DNA of 64,000 bases from Octopus vulgaris (GCA_951406725.2 OX597834.1:34782001-34846000), one strand, 5' to 3'; positions 1 through 61,187 are shown, counted from the first letter of the stretch. Notes: generated from the sequence alone by a model not told the origin. Translations and numbers: made by a program.

Positions 1-123
1 TTTAGTGAATCTCCAACCTTCAGTCTGGTACATTTTTATTGATATCTATTTGTCAAACTACTAAGTTATGTGACATAAAGAGGTTAGGCATAAACATGGG
101 TAATTTATATATTATATGGGTTC

Positions 124-167
<44 letters not shown>

Positions 168-341
168 GTTCCTGTATACTTTATCAATTGATTCTTATAT
201 AACCTAAATCATCATCGTCATTTAAACGTCTGTTTTTCATTCTGGCATGGGTTGGACAGCTGAACAGGAGCTAGTTACTATGGCCAAATGCTTTTCCTAA
301 TGCCAACCACCTTAGGGTGTTTTCTATGTGGCACTATCATT

Positions 342-727
342 GGCGTGGTTGTGTGGTAAGAAGCTTGCTTCCCAACCATGTGGTTCTGGGTTCAGTCCCA
401 CTGTGTGGCACCTTGGGTAGTGGTTCAGTTCCACTGTGTGGCACCTTGGGTCTTCTACTATAGCCTCGGGCTAACCAAAGTTTTGTGAGTGGATTTGGTA
501 TACAGAAACTGAAAGAAGCCTGTTGTAAATATGTGTGTGTGTGTGTGTATCTTTGTGTCCAATGTTGGTGTGTTTCTGTCCCTTTAACTTAGCAGTTCAG
601 CAAAAGACACTGATAGAATAAGTACTAGGTTTACGAAAAATAAGTCCTGGGATTGACTTCAACTAAAACCATTTAAGGCGATGCTCCAGCATGGCTGCAG
701 TCATTACTGAAACAAGTAAAAGAATAT
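342..727 (+). mobile_element. tRNA-headed SINE-like family A, near full length
   Basis: A-box-like tggttgtgtggtaag, B-box-like gggttcagtccc, internal (TG)n, end gcagtc..actgaaacaagtaaaaga; more than 12 copies in the window. Confidence 0.8.
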
Positions 728-769
728 AAAATTTAAGTAAAACAAATTTTATATAGGCCTGTGATGAGT

Positions 770-1030
770 CTTAGGACCCATGGAACCAAAGCTTAACCCG
801 GTTTCCGTGGCATGTAAGGGACTGAGATTATAACATTCCCTCTTTGATCAGAATGCTGGTCCGTTGCAGGGTTAACTTCCCAGCTATTACTGGAACTTGT
901 TTATTACTAAGTGGATTGGAGCAATGTGAAATAAAATACTTTGCTCAAGAACTCAACACTCTTCCCTGTTCAGGAATCAAAACCAGAATCTTATCATCAG
1001 GAGCACAATACCTTAATCACCTGGCTATTT
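770..1030 (-). mobile_element. tRNA-headed SINE-like family D (related heads near 2715+, 7655+, 15600-, 33800-)
   Basis: Minus strand begins tagccaggtgattaagg...ggttttgattcc...ttcttgagcaaagta.tttatttcacattgctcca. Confidence 0.6.
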
Positions 1031-1365
1031 ACCTTCATTAAATTGTTTATAACTTATAAATGAAATGAGTGAAAACCAGCTGAGATCAATAAAGACTTGA
1101 CAGTTTGTAAATCAGTTTCAGATTGTGCTTTTCTACTCTCACCTGTTTGATATTGGGCTGATTACAGATGTATTTTTAAAAAAAATTTTGGTAGGAAAAA
1201 GGTAATTAACAAATCTATAATATATACATGCTATATAAAAGTTACAAATTATTGGTAGATAGATATCAGCAACATGAAGATGACTTTATATCAGATGTCA
1301 TTAACGGATGTCAAATGATGAGGATAATATTGAAAGCTTACCTTTACAGTTTCCATCCACCGTAC

Positions 1366-1592
1366 GAGCATGGTCACTGCTAGTGCCGCCTGACTGGTTC
1401 CCGTGCTGGTGGCACATAAAAAGCACCCACTGCACTCTTGGAGTGATTGGCATTAGGAAAAGTATCCAGCTGTAGAAACTTGCCAGATCAGCTTGGATCC
1501 TGGTGCAGCCTCTGGGCTTGCCAGTGCTCAGTCAAACTGTCCAACCCATGCCAGCATGGAAAGTGGACGTTAAACGATGGTGATGATGATGT
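1366..1592 (+). mobile_element. Retroposon family B with (GAT)n tail
   Basis: aaaagcaccc...ggcattagg..catccagctgtagaaac...ccaacccatgccagcatggaaa..ggacgttaaacgatg. Other copies near 209(-), 3180, 4840, 9690, 11045, 17150, 27690, 28435, 30760, 33985, 47375(-), with variable 5' truncation. Confidence 0.75.
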
Positions 1593-1599
1593 GACCACT

Positions 1600-1830
1600 T
1601 CATGTCTCTTCTTCTTTAAGGCCCTTCATTCCCTATGAAGCATAGTCCATCAACAACTTTTTCTCCCTGTTCTTAACTCTGGATGGTCATTTCTATGTCT
1701 CTCCAGTTGCTTTCTGCCCTATCAAATCTGCTTTGGTATCCTACCTCCTGCACATTCCTTGTGCATTCCAGGTCAAGGCCCAACATGTAATGCAGGATGT
1801 TGGGTTTCCTAACATGTGGCCTCTGTCCCC
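1600..1830 (-). mobile_element. RTE 3' fragment
   Basis: Minus-strand GHMLGNPTSCITCWALTWNAQG, like the RTE GHxLR...AL.W..xG motif. Confidence 0.5.
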
Positions 1831-2170
1831 ACTTGTGTTTCAATTACTCTGGTCAGTTTGACTGTAAATGGGTCATCCTGTGATGGACTGGTGTCCCATT
1901 CAGGGTGGATGCTGTGACCTCAGTTACTGATAAACCATAGAATCTGGGTAACCAGTCCTATAAGTCCCAGGACCCAAGATAGTAATTACTGTTATTGTTG
2001 ACATTCACTGGTAGAGATTTCACTTTGGTGTTTGTCCTGAATTTATGTACTTTTTTGTGTCTATATAACATGGCTGCTCACTAAGCTAATTGTTGTTTAT
2101 AATGCCTGATATTATTTAACATTGAAAATCTTAACAGTTTATTTATTGATAATGATTTCTCTACTCACAG

Positions 2171-49341
<47,171 letters not shown>

Positions 49342-51109
49342 ACAAAAAAAAAAACAAAAACTGGAAATTTTTTTAATTTTATTTATATAAACATATATTT
49401 TTTTTTTATCAAGTTTATTTTTTTTTTCAAACATAGCTTGAAAGTTTTTTTTTTTTTCAAGAAGGAAATAAATTTTTTCTTTCTATTTTTCTTTTCATTT
49501 CCCCCCATTTATTTATTTTATTTTATTTCTTTTTTTTTTTTTTTTTTTTTCAACTTTCCCTTCCTTTGTCCTAAATACGGGCTGACAAAAATAAAAAAAA
49601 CACACAAAAAAAAGAAACAAAAACAAACTAACTATAATTTGTTAAAAAAAAAAACCTCAACAGAAGCTTCTGAAATCCAAGTGTAATAAATGTCTGCACC
49701 ATTGTCTTACTAAATCTGCCATCCTTTGAACAAATATGTCTCCATTATTATGTTACCTTTTGTCATTTGTAATATAGTGCAGCTGAGATAGAACACCAAC
49801 ACATACATATACATAGATACACTATTACATCACACACACACACATAGACACATAGACGTATCATCTTCCACCACACTGTACCATAGACATTGCAGGAACA
49901 CAGCATATTACATACATTACATATTGTACTTTCTCTCTCTCTCTCTCTCTCTTTATATATATATATATATATATACATATAATGTTATATATACATATAT
50001 ATACACATACACCTCACTGTATATTCTTCATACCACTTTATCCCATTCCACTTCATATTCTGTTTCTTCCATTTCCTAACCTCTTCCTTCTTTCCTTCCA
50101 CTTGTTAAACTTTCACACTATATCGTATAGAGACACTCCACACTACCTATAGACATACACACAGACACCTAATTACACAACCTACAAACTATACTATGCA
50201 TTATCTCACTCATGCACACAACACAACATACACCTCACAACACAATGCAACATGTACAACACAGACATATTTGAGTTCTGAATTTCAATCCAGAAAGACA
50301 GCAAAATGGTAAATTGATGGTCTTGTCTGGGCTTTGTGGTTCTTTTGTAGTGTGATTGTTATTTTCTATGAAATGATTCTAATTCTATATAAATGTTGAT
50401 TCCATCATTGCTCTCTTCTCTACAATCATTCCGTTTTAGAGAGATTTCAATGGAAGAAATCACTTTCTCTCTCTCTCTCTCTCTCTCTCTCTGAAGGGTG
50501 ATGAATTGGTGGAGCACTGGACAAAATACTTTGCCGTGTTTCAGTTTCATTTCTATACACTGTTGGTTCAAGTTGGGGGTCATTTAGCCTTTCAGTGGAC
50601 TGGACTATGTACAAAAGTTGGTCTTGTGCCTAGTCAAAAGGGAACTAAATGTTTTAAGGAGTCTTAATTTCATGCCATGAACAAACTAATGCATAATTGA
50701 TAACAATAAAATAGCTCTGGATCATATGTAAGGTGCATAACATACAAAATCTTTCTATGCATTAAAATTGTATTAATTCCAAAAATTTGTATGCTTGGAG
50801 CTAAATATTTTCAGGGGTCTTTTCATCTCATGCCATGGACAAACTTAAATACAATAAGTAATAATAATAATAATAATGGTAATAATAAAATAGCAATGAA
50901 TTCTCTATAAAAATCTATGCATTGTTTAAAATTGTTTAAAACATCCAAGATTTGTATATCCATTTCTAAATGTTTTTTATCTTTTTGAAAATAATGTAAG
51001 GGTATTTATTTCTTTTTGGTGTTGTTACACAGCAAGAGCCTTCAGTTCTTTCTAATGGCTACTAACTAATTTGTTTTTCATTTAATTTTAGTTAATTGTT
51101 ATAAATCAA

Positions 51110-51490
51110 GGTCGGTGGCAGAATTGATGGCATTGCCAAACTAAAATCCTTAGTTGCAGAATTCTTCCAGCTTTTTACATTCTGAGTCTAAATCCTGCCA
51201 CAATCAACTTAGCCTTTCACACTTTTGGTGGGGGTTGATAAAATAAGTACCAGTCACGTACTGGGGTTGACGTAATGAACTTGCTCCTCTTCAAACTTCT
51301 CAGCCGATTTGAGTAAGCTGGTAGAGTCGTTAAAATGTCGAAAGTACTCTTTACCTTCTGAGTTCATATCCCACTAAGGTCAGTTTCACCATTCATTCCT
51401 CCAGGGTTGGTAAAATAAAGTACCCTTCATGTACTGGGTTGGGAGTTGATGTTATTGAAAACCCCCTTCTCTTCAAAATTCCTGGCCTCA
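51110..51490 (+). mobile_element. Two tandem family C copies in the putative 3' UTR
   Basis: Two successive ggcagaat/ggtagagt heads, each followed by ttctgagt...aaataa(a)gtacc. Confidence 0.7.
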
Positions 51491-53036
51491 GAAACAACTT
51501 ATGTAAATTAAAAAAAAGAAAAATATGGGTTTGTTTAATATGGAAATCCAATTTTCAAATCTTGAAAAACATCAGTGATAGGAACTCTGTAGGTTTTGAG
51601 AGAAATTGTTTTAGCTACAAAGTGTTACAAGATGATTTTTTTTTTTCAGCCTAGCTTTCATTTTTGTTTTATACTTACCAACTTCATTTAATTTAGATAA
51701 TAATGTTTTTCCCTCTTAGCATCTGTCTTGCATCTTAAAGGAATTCACATGCTAACCATTCCCTACCATTATATTCACGTTTCATTATAGTCATCTTGTA
51801 GCTAAAATATTTCTCTCCTTTTTTTTTCTCTCAAAAGTTAATAAAATACCTCACATTTGTTGTACATGCCATATACTGTAGTTTTCCCGGTACATTTCAT
51901 TATTACAGTTTTGGTTTTAAAGTATTGACAACTGGTTTAATTAATTGATTGACTAACAAACTTTCCCGGTCTCAAATTATGTTAAGTTTTGTGCTGTTGA
52001 GAACTGCTCTGACCTGTGGCATGACTAATGGTTAGAACTAACTCTTGAGTGGTTCACAAGTTCCAGCCTGCTGTATGTGGTGTACTACAGTCTGGTTGTG
52101 GACATAACTGTATTTCGTATTGTAGTTAGAAGTGTGTTGGGGAGACAGCGTAATTGAGTATGTTTGCTTGTTTTTTTGCCCTGTTTAATATCAGGGAAGT
52201 TCTTACACAGGCTGCAACTGAGGCATCACAAGGTGGACTGTGCTATTGTCTGACAAGGTGCCTTTACTGGTAACTTTGAATTTGTGCACATTTGATAAAC
52301 ACTCTCAGCCGAAACTTTCTACCATGTTTTCTCTTTTAACATGGATCAGAGAATGAGACAGAGAAAAAGCAAGTGAGTGTAATGTTTTTTTGTTTTTTTT
52401 TAGAGTGCTACTGATGTTTGATTGGGGATGTAATTACAGGGAACTAAAGGGGTTGAAGTCAGACTTTTGTTGTGGGCCACAGCCCCTTAGTGCATTCTCT
52501 TTATCTGAACAGTCTTGTTAAAAATGCTGCTGCTACTATTACTGCAAAATAATGGTTTTTCAATGTTTTTCCTTAAAGAATTCTCTCTCAGATTAACAGA
52601 AGTGCCATGCAACTAGTGCGTGTGTCAGTCCGTGTGTCTATTGACCCAGGTAAGAAATTATGTTCACAAGACATTGTTCTCTCTTTCTCATCATTACTAT
52701 CAAACATTGCTTCAGCCATTTTCCGTTCCTTCCCCCACCATTTTTTTTTTTTTTAAGAAATGGAACTATTTTAGGCTACAGTGTATAACATACGTTGACA
52801 GACCATTCCATGTATGTTTACACACAGACATGTACACTCAAAATATCCCTATAAAGAAGCTTATCCACTTCCAATAAAAAGAAAACTTTTTTTTTTATTT
52901 ACTCAGTTGTAAATGTTTCTTACAGATTTCAACAGTAACATACGTACATAGTGCTCATAAATTATCTTCACAATGTAAAGCATGGCAGTGTGGAAGTTGT
53001 AAATATAATTTATGGTCACCATGTGTGTGTTTCTAT

Positions 53037-53073
<37 letters not shown>

Positions 53074-53076
53074 TTC

Positions 53077-53126
<50 letters not shown>

Positions 53127-53879
53127 ATACATAATTTTCTATTGCTTAAATTATTTCAGAATCTTGATGGTAAAGCAGAAGAAAATTATATTTCAGGCAG
53201 GGACAAGAACTGTGCTAAAAAAATATATTTCCTCATTTAGATTTAATTAAAAGAATTAGGGCTGTTTTGCATTTCACCAGTTTCTACACTTAATTCACAC
53301 TATCACTGCCACAACAACTCTCATTGCTGCCTCTGCAGTCATTAACGTCTGTTTATCAATTCTTAGTTTGTATAACTTTTAATATTCTAAAAGACCATGT
53401 AAATTGCATGTGGCTTTTGTTTAAAAAAAACAAAATGTTGGTAATTTTTGTAAATTTAGTAGCTGTAGATAAATTAGTGGAATACTTGGATTAAAAGAAT
53501 ATTTCGTTAGAGAAGGAAACATACCTCATTACTATTTATTAAATGTATAAACAATACCCTTCTATCTAAAGTATCTGACCTTGTGCTACAATTACAGAAC
53601 AATTGCGAATGAAGCCTTAATATTTACTTAATGCTATGATTGCTCTGTATTTAAACATAGGCTGTTGAGATTAGTCTAATGGGCATCACTGCGTGCGTGC
53701 GTGTGTGTATATAAGACTTGGGAGTCATCCTCATTATAATTGATGGAAGTCGGTTTTCTGGGTTAATATTTTTGTAGCATATTGGAGAGGATTTCTTTTA
53801 AGGATCAATGCAATGTCCCTAAAAGAAATCTCCAATATGCTACAAAAATGTTAATCCAGAAAACTGACTTCGACACACA

Positions 53880-53999
53880 CATGAGGGGGGTGCTGAAAAG
53901 TTCCTGGCTTTGGGTAAAAGAAAATATGGGAGGATCAGAACTTGGAAGGTGGGGCCTCCAACAAGGCCTTTTGCTAGGAACTTTTCAGCACCTCTTGTA
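53880..53999. mobile_element. Mariner-type MITE, about 120 bp
   Basis: TIR gaggggggtgctgaaaagttcctggc / gctaggaacttttcagcacctcttgta; TA at the right end. Confidence 0.8.
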
Positions 54000-54361
54000 T
54001 GTATACTTTTCCCTTGTATTCCATTATTTCGAAGTTAGGACCCCCTCCTTTTCCGATATACTGAAATACAAAGTACAAGCCATAGTCTTGTATTTTTTTT
54101 TTCTTATAGCCTGAATTGTTTTGTCTTTAAACATCCCCCATATAAACCTCTTTTCTGCTTTGTCAGTCAGGCTTCCATTTCAGGTTGGACATGTAAACCT
54201 GATTTTTTTTTCTTATGTTCTCACTGAAAAATACAATTAAAGAAAATGTGTATATTTCAATGTGAGACAGTGTGGTGCAAGAGCACTGTACACAATTATA
54301 ATTATTATTATTATTATTATTTAAAGGTTTAATAAGGTGTCATGTTGAATATGTTTTATAT

Positions 54362-54367
54362 AATAAA
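54362..54367 (+). promoter_or_regulatory. Candidate distal polyadenylation signal AATAAA
   Basis: Lies at the end of the T-rich UTR-like block, before the compositional strand switch. Confidence 0.4.
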
Positions 54368-55061
54368 GACATTTTCAAACCTTGATATCAACAAAATCTA
54401 AGTTAATATTTCTGTTACCAGAAATGTAAGATTTGACATGAAGTGGCTAGATAAGTTGTTGGGGCTTTGTGCCCCCCAAAACTTCAAATCTCATTAATTA
54501 GGTCTTCTAGCATTTCAGATTATTCTGTCAAATGTAATGCTTATTTGTTTTGAACTAATCCTGCATTATTTCATAACTTCAAGATTTTTAGAAATGGACT
54601 GTGTGGGTATGAGAGGTATATAGAATATGAGAGGTATATAGAATATATGGATTAGATGTGGCCAGTTTATGAAAAAAAAAATGACTTCCTGTCATCAAGA
54701 CCCTTATTTGATGTATTGGGGATTCTGATAGGATGAATCCCACAAAAGTATTTCACTTGAATGTTTCCTCTCTCACAATGTGGCCAAAGTGCTTTGAATT
54801 AATGAGGTCCTCTCCCCTACCAGTTTCCCTAAGCCAGTAACTAGATGTTGTGTTTTATGCCATGGCCTCTACAGATCAGACTACTGTATGTCACTGGCCA
54901 AAATAAGCACCCTCCCTCCCTCCCATTTCTGAACTTAAACATGCTTTCACTGTGACTATTTACATAATACATATGTTGACTGGCTTTAAAAAGAAATGTA
55001 AAAAAAAGCAAAAAAATTAAATAAAAAAATTAAAGACTTTTTTTTTAAAGTTTGAGATTAA

Positions 55062-55067
55062 TTTATT
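55062..55067 (-). promoter_or_regulatory. Candidate minus-strand polyadenylation signal of a convergent transcript
   Basis: TTTATT on +, followed on the minus strand by a U-rich downstream stretch (54980-55035). Confidence 0.4.
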
Positions 55068-57053
55068 TATCTAATTTGCAAAATTGACTTTTTACATCGT
55101 ATGGTAATATTTTTGAAAAACAAATCTGATTCATAAAATAATATTTTTTCTTTGTCTGTCCATTACTCAATGCAAGCCAAAAAAAAAAAGAAAAGTTCCA
55201 TACCATTTTTTTTATCACACATGGCAATGATTTTGATCTAATTGCTGGCCACCAATTTCTTTAGTTTATTATACAGCAGCCTGGACATTTTAACCAGTTT
55301 TTTTTTTTAATCAAATTATTGTAGGGCTAGCTTGGATTTTTTTTTTATCGTTTCCTCTGCCATGACTACGGCTGACTACAGGAAAAAGACATGTGCTTCA
55401 CAGCTGGACATTAGACTGGGGGCCCCTGGAGTGGAGCAGGGTGGAGATTGCTGCTATTTCTAGCAGAATCACTTTATTATTTGATAGAAAAAAAAAATTG
55501 CTTTTACTTGAGGGTGTAGAAAATATTATTATCAAGTCTATAATAAAGTTTGTTGTTTATATGCATTCAGTGTTTAAAGTATTTTCAAGGGGGGTTTAGG
55601 GATAAGACAATATCCTCGTTGAACAGTGGAGTGAATTTTTTGAAAATAAAATAAAAAAAAAAACTCAATGTTTTTCACAGTTAAAAGCAAAGAGGAATTA
55701 ATTATATAAAAAACAGTTTGGCAATTTAAACACTAAATTGTTTCTCTTAGTATTTGTTTAGAAGCATGACTGTATCTGCTTTCTCAAATTATGGACAGTA
55801 AAAATAAAAATAACAGTGGTAATTTGTAAATGAAATTTAGTAAACTGAATGTATGAGAAAGATGTGAATAGAAAATTAGAAATTTTCTTCTATTTTTTTT
55901 TTCTCCTTTTTAAAAAAAATTTTTTTTTTTTTTGAAAAGCTATAAACAACTATAGTAAGATAAAAACTGAACAATATGTCATCGAATATCAACATACAAG
56001 GTGACCGTATTCATTATGAATGAGTGAAAGTGAATTCTCATCGACACTGGCTGTTATTAGCTTCAATGTGACGATGGCTTTAGTGGCATGGATGCAGTGG
56101 GTGAGGTATGGTTGTGTACAATATGAGAAATGTAGAAAAAAAAAAAAAGAGTCCCTCTTTGTCAAGGGAGCTTCAGTTTGTTGGATGAGAACGTTTTGTT
56201 GATGGATGAATGTTATACATGGCTGAACAATAAGCACATGGGTGGATGCCACCAGAAATGGTCTAAAGTGTTCCAACAACAATGGCAGTGAAAAATTGAA
56301 TGCTAACGTTGTTGGCAATGGCTATATTCAATATTGGTTTGAATAAGTAGGCAATAAAGAAAAAAAAAAACTAGCAACAACAAATGGAAAATATAATAAC
56401 TGCTGCTTACATCGATTTAAAAAAAAAACAAACAATTTTTGATTAAATTGGAACTGGGAACTGCTTTGAGAATCTGTTTTTCACTCTCGAAAGATGGTTA
56501 TTAATGGTGATGATGGATGGGCCAAATGAAAATAGAAACCTTGATAATAAATAGAAACGGGGGGAAAAATAATCCAAATTTTTGAGACTGTCAGATGGTT
56601 GCAATATAAATATATGACTTGTATTTATATATAAATAGATTTTAGTTTCGTTAAACAAGCTGTGCATTTGATGGGTATCAAAGATGCAGAGATAAGACAG
56701 GAACATACTGATTAGCAACTTATACATGACAACCACCACCAACACTTATCCGGGGTGCAAGGCCTAACATGCTACTCAGTGAAATTCTTCCATATGCTAC
56801 ATCTTTACTTCTTGAAATAGAGCCGACTCTCTTAACAAGCATATAAACTTACAAAATAAACAAAAATGTAAAAAAAAAAAAAAAAAAAAAGCATGTGCTT
56901 ACATTAAAATACACACACACACACACACATACTGGGAAATGTTTAATTAGTTCAAAATTGGAGTATTCTTAAAACATTTCTTTAGTAGGTCTGATCTTTA
57001 ATTTCTGAGTATTTTTGTGTTATTTTACATCAGTTTTTTTTTCACTGTAGCAG

Positions 57054-57091
<38 letters not shown>

Positions 57092-57329
57092 CACATACAC
57101 ATATTTCAGTGATACTTACCATCACTGCTGCAAGCAGGAGTAGTTCGATGGGATTAGACCTCCAGACTTTTAAGTGTGTTAAAACTATGCTGAACCTGGC
57201 CCCCTTGACTGACGAGACATTCCTGTTCTAATTCTACTCTTATTTGTTTTCTCTCTTTGTTTTGATTAATCACACACAATGTGTGGTATTTTGTTTCCCA
57301 CTTCCGCAATCCATTGTCCTAATAATGGT

Positions 57330-57875
57330 ATCTAATCTAGGCACAGGGCCAGTAGTTCCAGAAGGTTGACCCTAACACTAGAATAGTTTGTCAGTCTGAG
57401 GAATGAAAGGTGAAGTTGACCTTGGCATGATTTGGACTCAGAGTTTAAAGAAGTTGAAAATTATGTGCTAATCACCTAGATAATAATAGTCCTTTCTACT
57501 ATAGGCACAAGGCCTGAAATTTGCAGGAAGGGAGTAAATTGACCCCAAATGGATGAATGGCATAGTCAACCTTGGTGGAATTTGAACTCAGAATGTAAAG
57601 ACAGGTGAAATACTGCTAAGCATTTTGCTTAGCATGCTTAATTATTCCGCCAGCTTGCTGCCTTAACTTTGATAATAGTCCTTTCTACTGAAGGCAAGAG
57701 GCCTGAAATTTGTGGAGAGGGGACTAGTTGATTACATTGATCCCAGTGTTTCACTGGTACTTAAGGAAGAAAGGCATAGTCAATTTTGGCAGACTTTGAA
57801 CTCAAAAGTATAAGGAAAGCTGAAACACCACTAAGCATTTTGACCGGTGTGCTAAAGATTCTACCAGCTCACCTT
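57330..57875 (-). mobile_element. Three tandem family C copies
   Basis: Repeated ggcac/aaggcc...tttg(a/g)actca blocks in minus orientation. Confidence 0.7.
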
Positions 57876-59709
57876 GATAATAAAAAAAAAAACTTTCTAA
57901 TTTAAACTGTTTTGATGGGAGCAAATTAGTTGACAGCATAAAACCCAGTACAATATTGATGTATTCTGTCGATTTTTGAAAGGATAAGTTAAACTCAGAA
58001 CATAAAGAGGCAAAACAAAAGTATTATTCGAATGCTCTAACAACCCAAAAAAGGTAAACGGCTAAGAGCTTACCTCTAGCAAAATTTGAACATGGAATCT
58101 AATGAGCTGAAAGAAATGCAGACTACTTTTTTTTTTTTTTTTTGCTCAAATGTTTCTGACAGCCCACCATCAACAGCAATTATGATTTTCTTTATTGGAG
58201 CAATGTCAGAAGATTAAAAGCGAAGTGAAGAAGTCAGCTGAAGTGATACCTAAATATATTACTGCTATTTGTTTTACAAACTAGCTGGCCCAATGCCGTC
58301 AGAAGCGATGGCTAATTGTAGTATTTTATATATGAATAAGGTACATAATAATCACACATACAAACATTCACATACTTCCCTTGTACACGCACACACATAT
58401 ACTCACACAGAGTTGAAACACTGTTTGATTTTTCTTTCTAGCATTGAATGTTCATCATCCCACTTCCCTTGTACATGCACACACATTCACTTGACTCCCT
58501 TTTACATAGACATACAGTTGAAATGCTGCTCTTTCTTTTTCACTGTAGAACTCCTATCATCCCACTACCAAGTTTACTATCACCCCTTCTTTTCTCATTC
58601 ACATGGTGTGACGGAGAAAACCACAAGAGTATTATTATAGAAGATGAGACTCTGGCAGGGACTCACTATATAAAGCCAAGTATTTCTACTGTTTACAAAT
58701 GTTAAACCCTTTTTCCTGAGCATATTTCTTGTGAAGTATACTCCTTCAATGTTTGAATTAACTTTGAAATATAATCAAAAAGTGGAAGGATTTATTGAAA
58801 TTAATTTTTTCACCCATAATTAATCTGGTTTAACAGAAAGGAACTTAGAACTTATTAACATAATTAATTCATTGAGTTCGCTAAATGGACAGTTAACACA
58901 AGGGAGATAATTATGTTTGGCAGGATTAGAAGTTTGAATAAAATACATAGAATGTTATTAAAGGCATAACACGATAATCTTTATATAGTTACAAGACAAA
59001 ACATTTCGATGAGGAGAGCAGATTCCAACTAATCTACGCTGAATAAATTTACTGGTACTAATATTATCATAGACATTAGAAAATTAAAAACAAAATCAAC
59101 TCTGGCAGGATTCAAACTGGCAATATAAAGGGAGATAACTAAGTACTACGTAACATTCGACTGAATATTCTACATCAGAGTGACTTCCCATTGTTATCCC
59201 ACCTCCTCCAGATTCAGTCTTGGTTACTACAAAATTTTAATCCGAACGTCATAGGTTTGAAGCGATGCTCTAATCTACGATTCTGCCTGCTCGCCAGAAA
59301 ATATAATTTCCTGCATAAATGTAGCCAATTGCTAGAACTTTCAATGGTTAGAGGCGATCAGCTCTATTGATTGGGGAGAGGTGTTTGGAACAGTTGACTA
59401 CATCGACGTTATTTTCTCTTTGTCTACCATCGTTAGTGAATAGGTGAGCGAGTGTGTATATCAGTTACAATCGGTGCATCCTGGCCGATGTCTTGGGTTT
59501 CCTACTATCACAACAGATCTTTTAATAATGCCACGATGAATTTGCTAGAAAGCAAGAAATCCTACAAACACAATAGCGTGGTTAGTCAAGAAAAGATGAC
59601 AGAAGCACAAAGTATGTGTGTTGGTGATTTTCCATTACTTCAAGTTTTTGGATAAGTGGAAATCATTACAAAGAAATGTTTCCGTTGCTTATACATACAT
59701 ACATAAATC

Positions 59710-60048
59710 TATCTTTTAGCTTTTACTCGTTTCATTCATTGCACTGTGGCTAAGCTGGGGCACTATCTTGAAGGTTTAAGTTGGACAAAACGACCCTAGT
59801 ACTTCTTTTTTTAAAGCCTGTTGCTTATTCTATCGATGTCTTTCGCTGATATTGGTTATCAAGCAGCAGTGGGACACACACACATGACAGATTTCTTTCA
59901 GTTTTCGTCTACCATATCCACTCAAGAAGGCTGTGGTCGACCTAGGGCTATGATAATAGACCCTTAGCTAAGGTGCTGTGCAGTGGGACAGAACCTGAAA
60001 CCATGTAGTTGGGAAGCAAGCTTCTTACGACACACTCATGCCTGCACC
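59710..60048 (-). mobile_element. SINE family A copy
   Basis: Reverse complement of 342-727. Confidence 0.75.
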
Positions 60049-61154
60049 TCCATATGTGCATATATATATATATATATACATGCACATATGGAGGTGCATA
60101 TATATATATTTCAATGTGGCTAACACAGTCCTCAAGCTTGCTCAGTGTTTGGACTTAATAAAAAAAATCCCTCAGGGGTTGGAACCTCTTTTCCTACATA
60201 ACAACATCAGTTATTGTGGGTCAATGAGTGGAAAATCTTATTACAATGGATTTCGTGGATAACAGAAGAACGAAAATCCTGCTAAGAGCTATTGTATAAA
60301 AGTGGTGGTGGTGATGTCGGGGTTTGAAAGACAAATGTCTTTGGTTGGTATGATAGGGCTCTACACAGCAGAATTAAAATAAATTAACCAAGAGTTTGCT
60401 GTTTGCGAATAATAAATCATCCAACACTTTGTAGTTTTAAAATAAACAATACAACAATTTCAGGATAATTCTGAATCAACTAGAATTTTGACATATACTT
60501 ATATTGCTTTAACAGAATATGAAGACAAACTAAAACCATTGCTCTTTCTCAAATGTATGTATATATATATATATATATATATAATACATAGATACACACA
60601 CATACATGCATCACTGAACAAAATGTTAGCTTGTAATCTCATTCATTCATATGCACTTACAAGCACATTAGAATGGATAATTCCTTGTGCTAACAAAACA
60701 TCGAAGAAAAAGCTGTGAAAATATTTGCTTTACAAATATTTTGATAGTGGCATAATGACTGTCCAGTCAACTTATATCATGAAAGACTATTAATATTATT
60801 AATATTATTATCATCATTATTACATTAAAAAAATTTGATTATTTAGGTGGGGGAATTTGGGCTTATGTGTTGGTGATCAAAAACAAAATTCTTTTTGATG
60901 GTTTTAAATCGAATTTTGAGATTTGTATAATACATTTAGTTTCTGCTTAGATTTGTGGGCTTTCATCCATGGCTCTGACTAGTCTTATGATGATGATGAT
61001 GATGAATGAAATTAACGAAGATAATGTTGTATCAGAGAGAGTGAAAAATCAGTATACAAAGCTGTCCATGGCACTTGTAGCATAATGTCTTAGTCTCTTT
61101 TTTAAAGAAAAAAAAAAAAAAGCAGGGGAATATAACATTCTCTTGTGTATGTGC

Positions 61155-61187
<33 letters not shown>

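Larger units (their letters stand above)
49342..54385 (+). other. Putative long 3' UTR of the BRWD/PHIP gene
   Basis: T-run-rich, largely non-repeat sequence after the stop. AATAAA occurs at 49685, 52873 and 54362, among others. Confidence 0.5.

Noticed and set aside
760-785. gtgatgagtcttaggac resembling a hammerhead stem II
   Set aside because: No GAAA follows, and it is the tail of a family D SINE.
55989-56745. Coding exons of the proposed convergent gene
   Set aside because: ORFs run through homopolymer tracts and lack splice signals or domain similarity.
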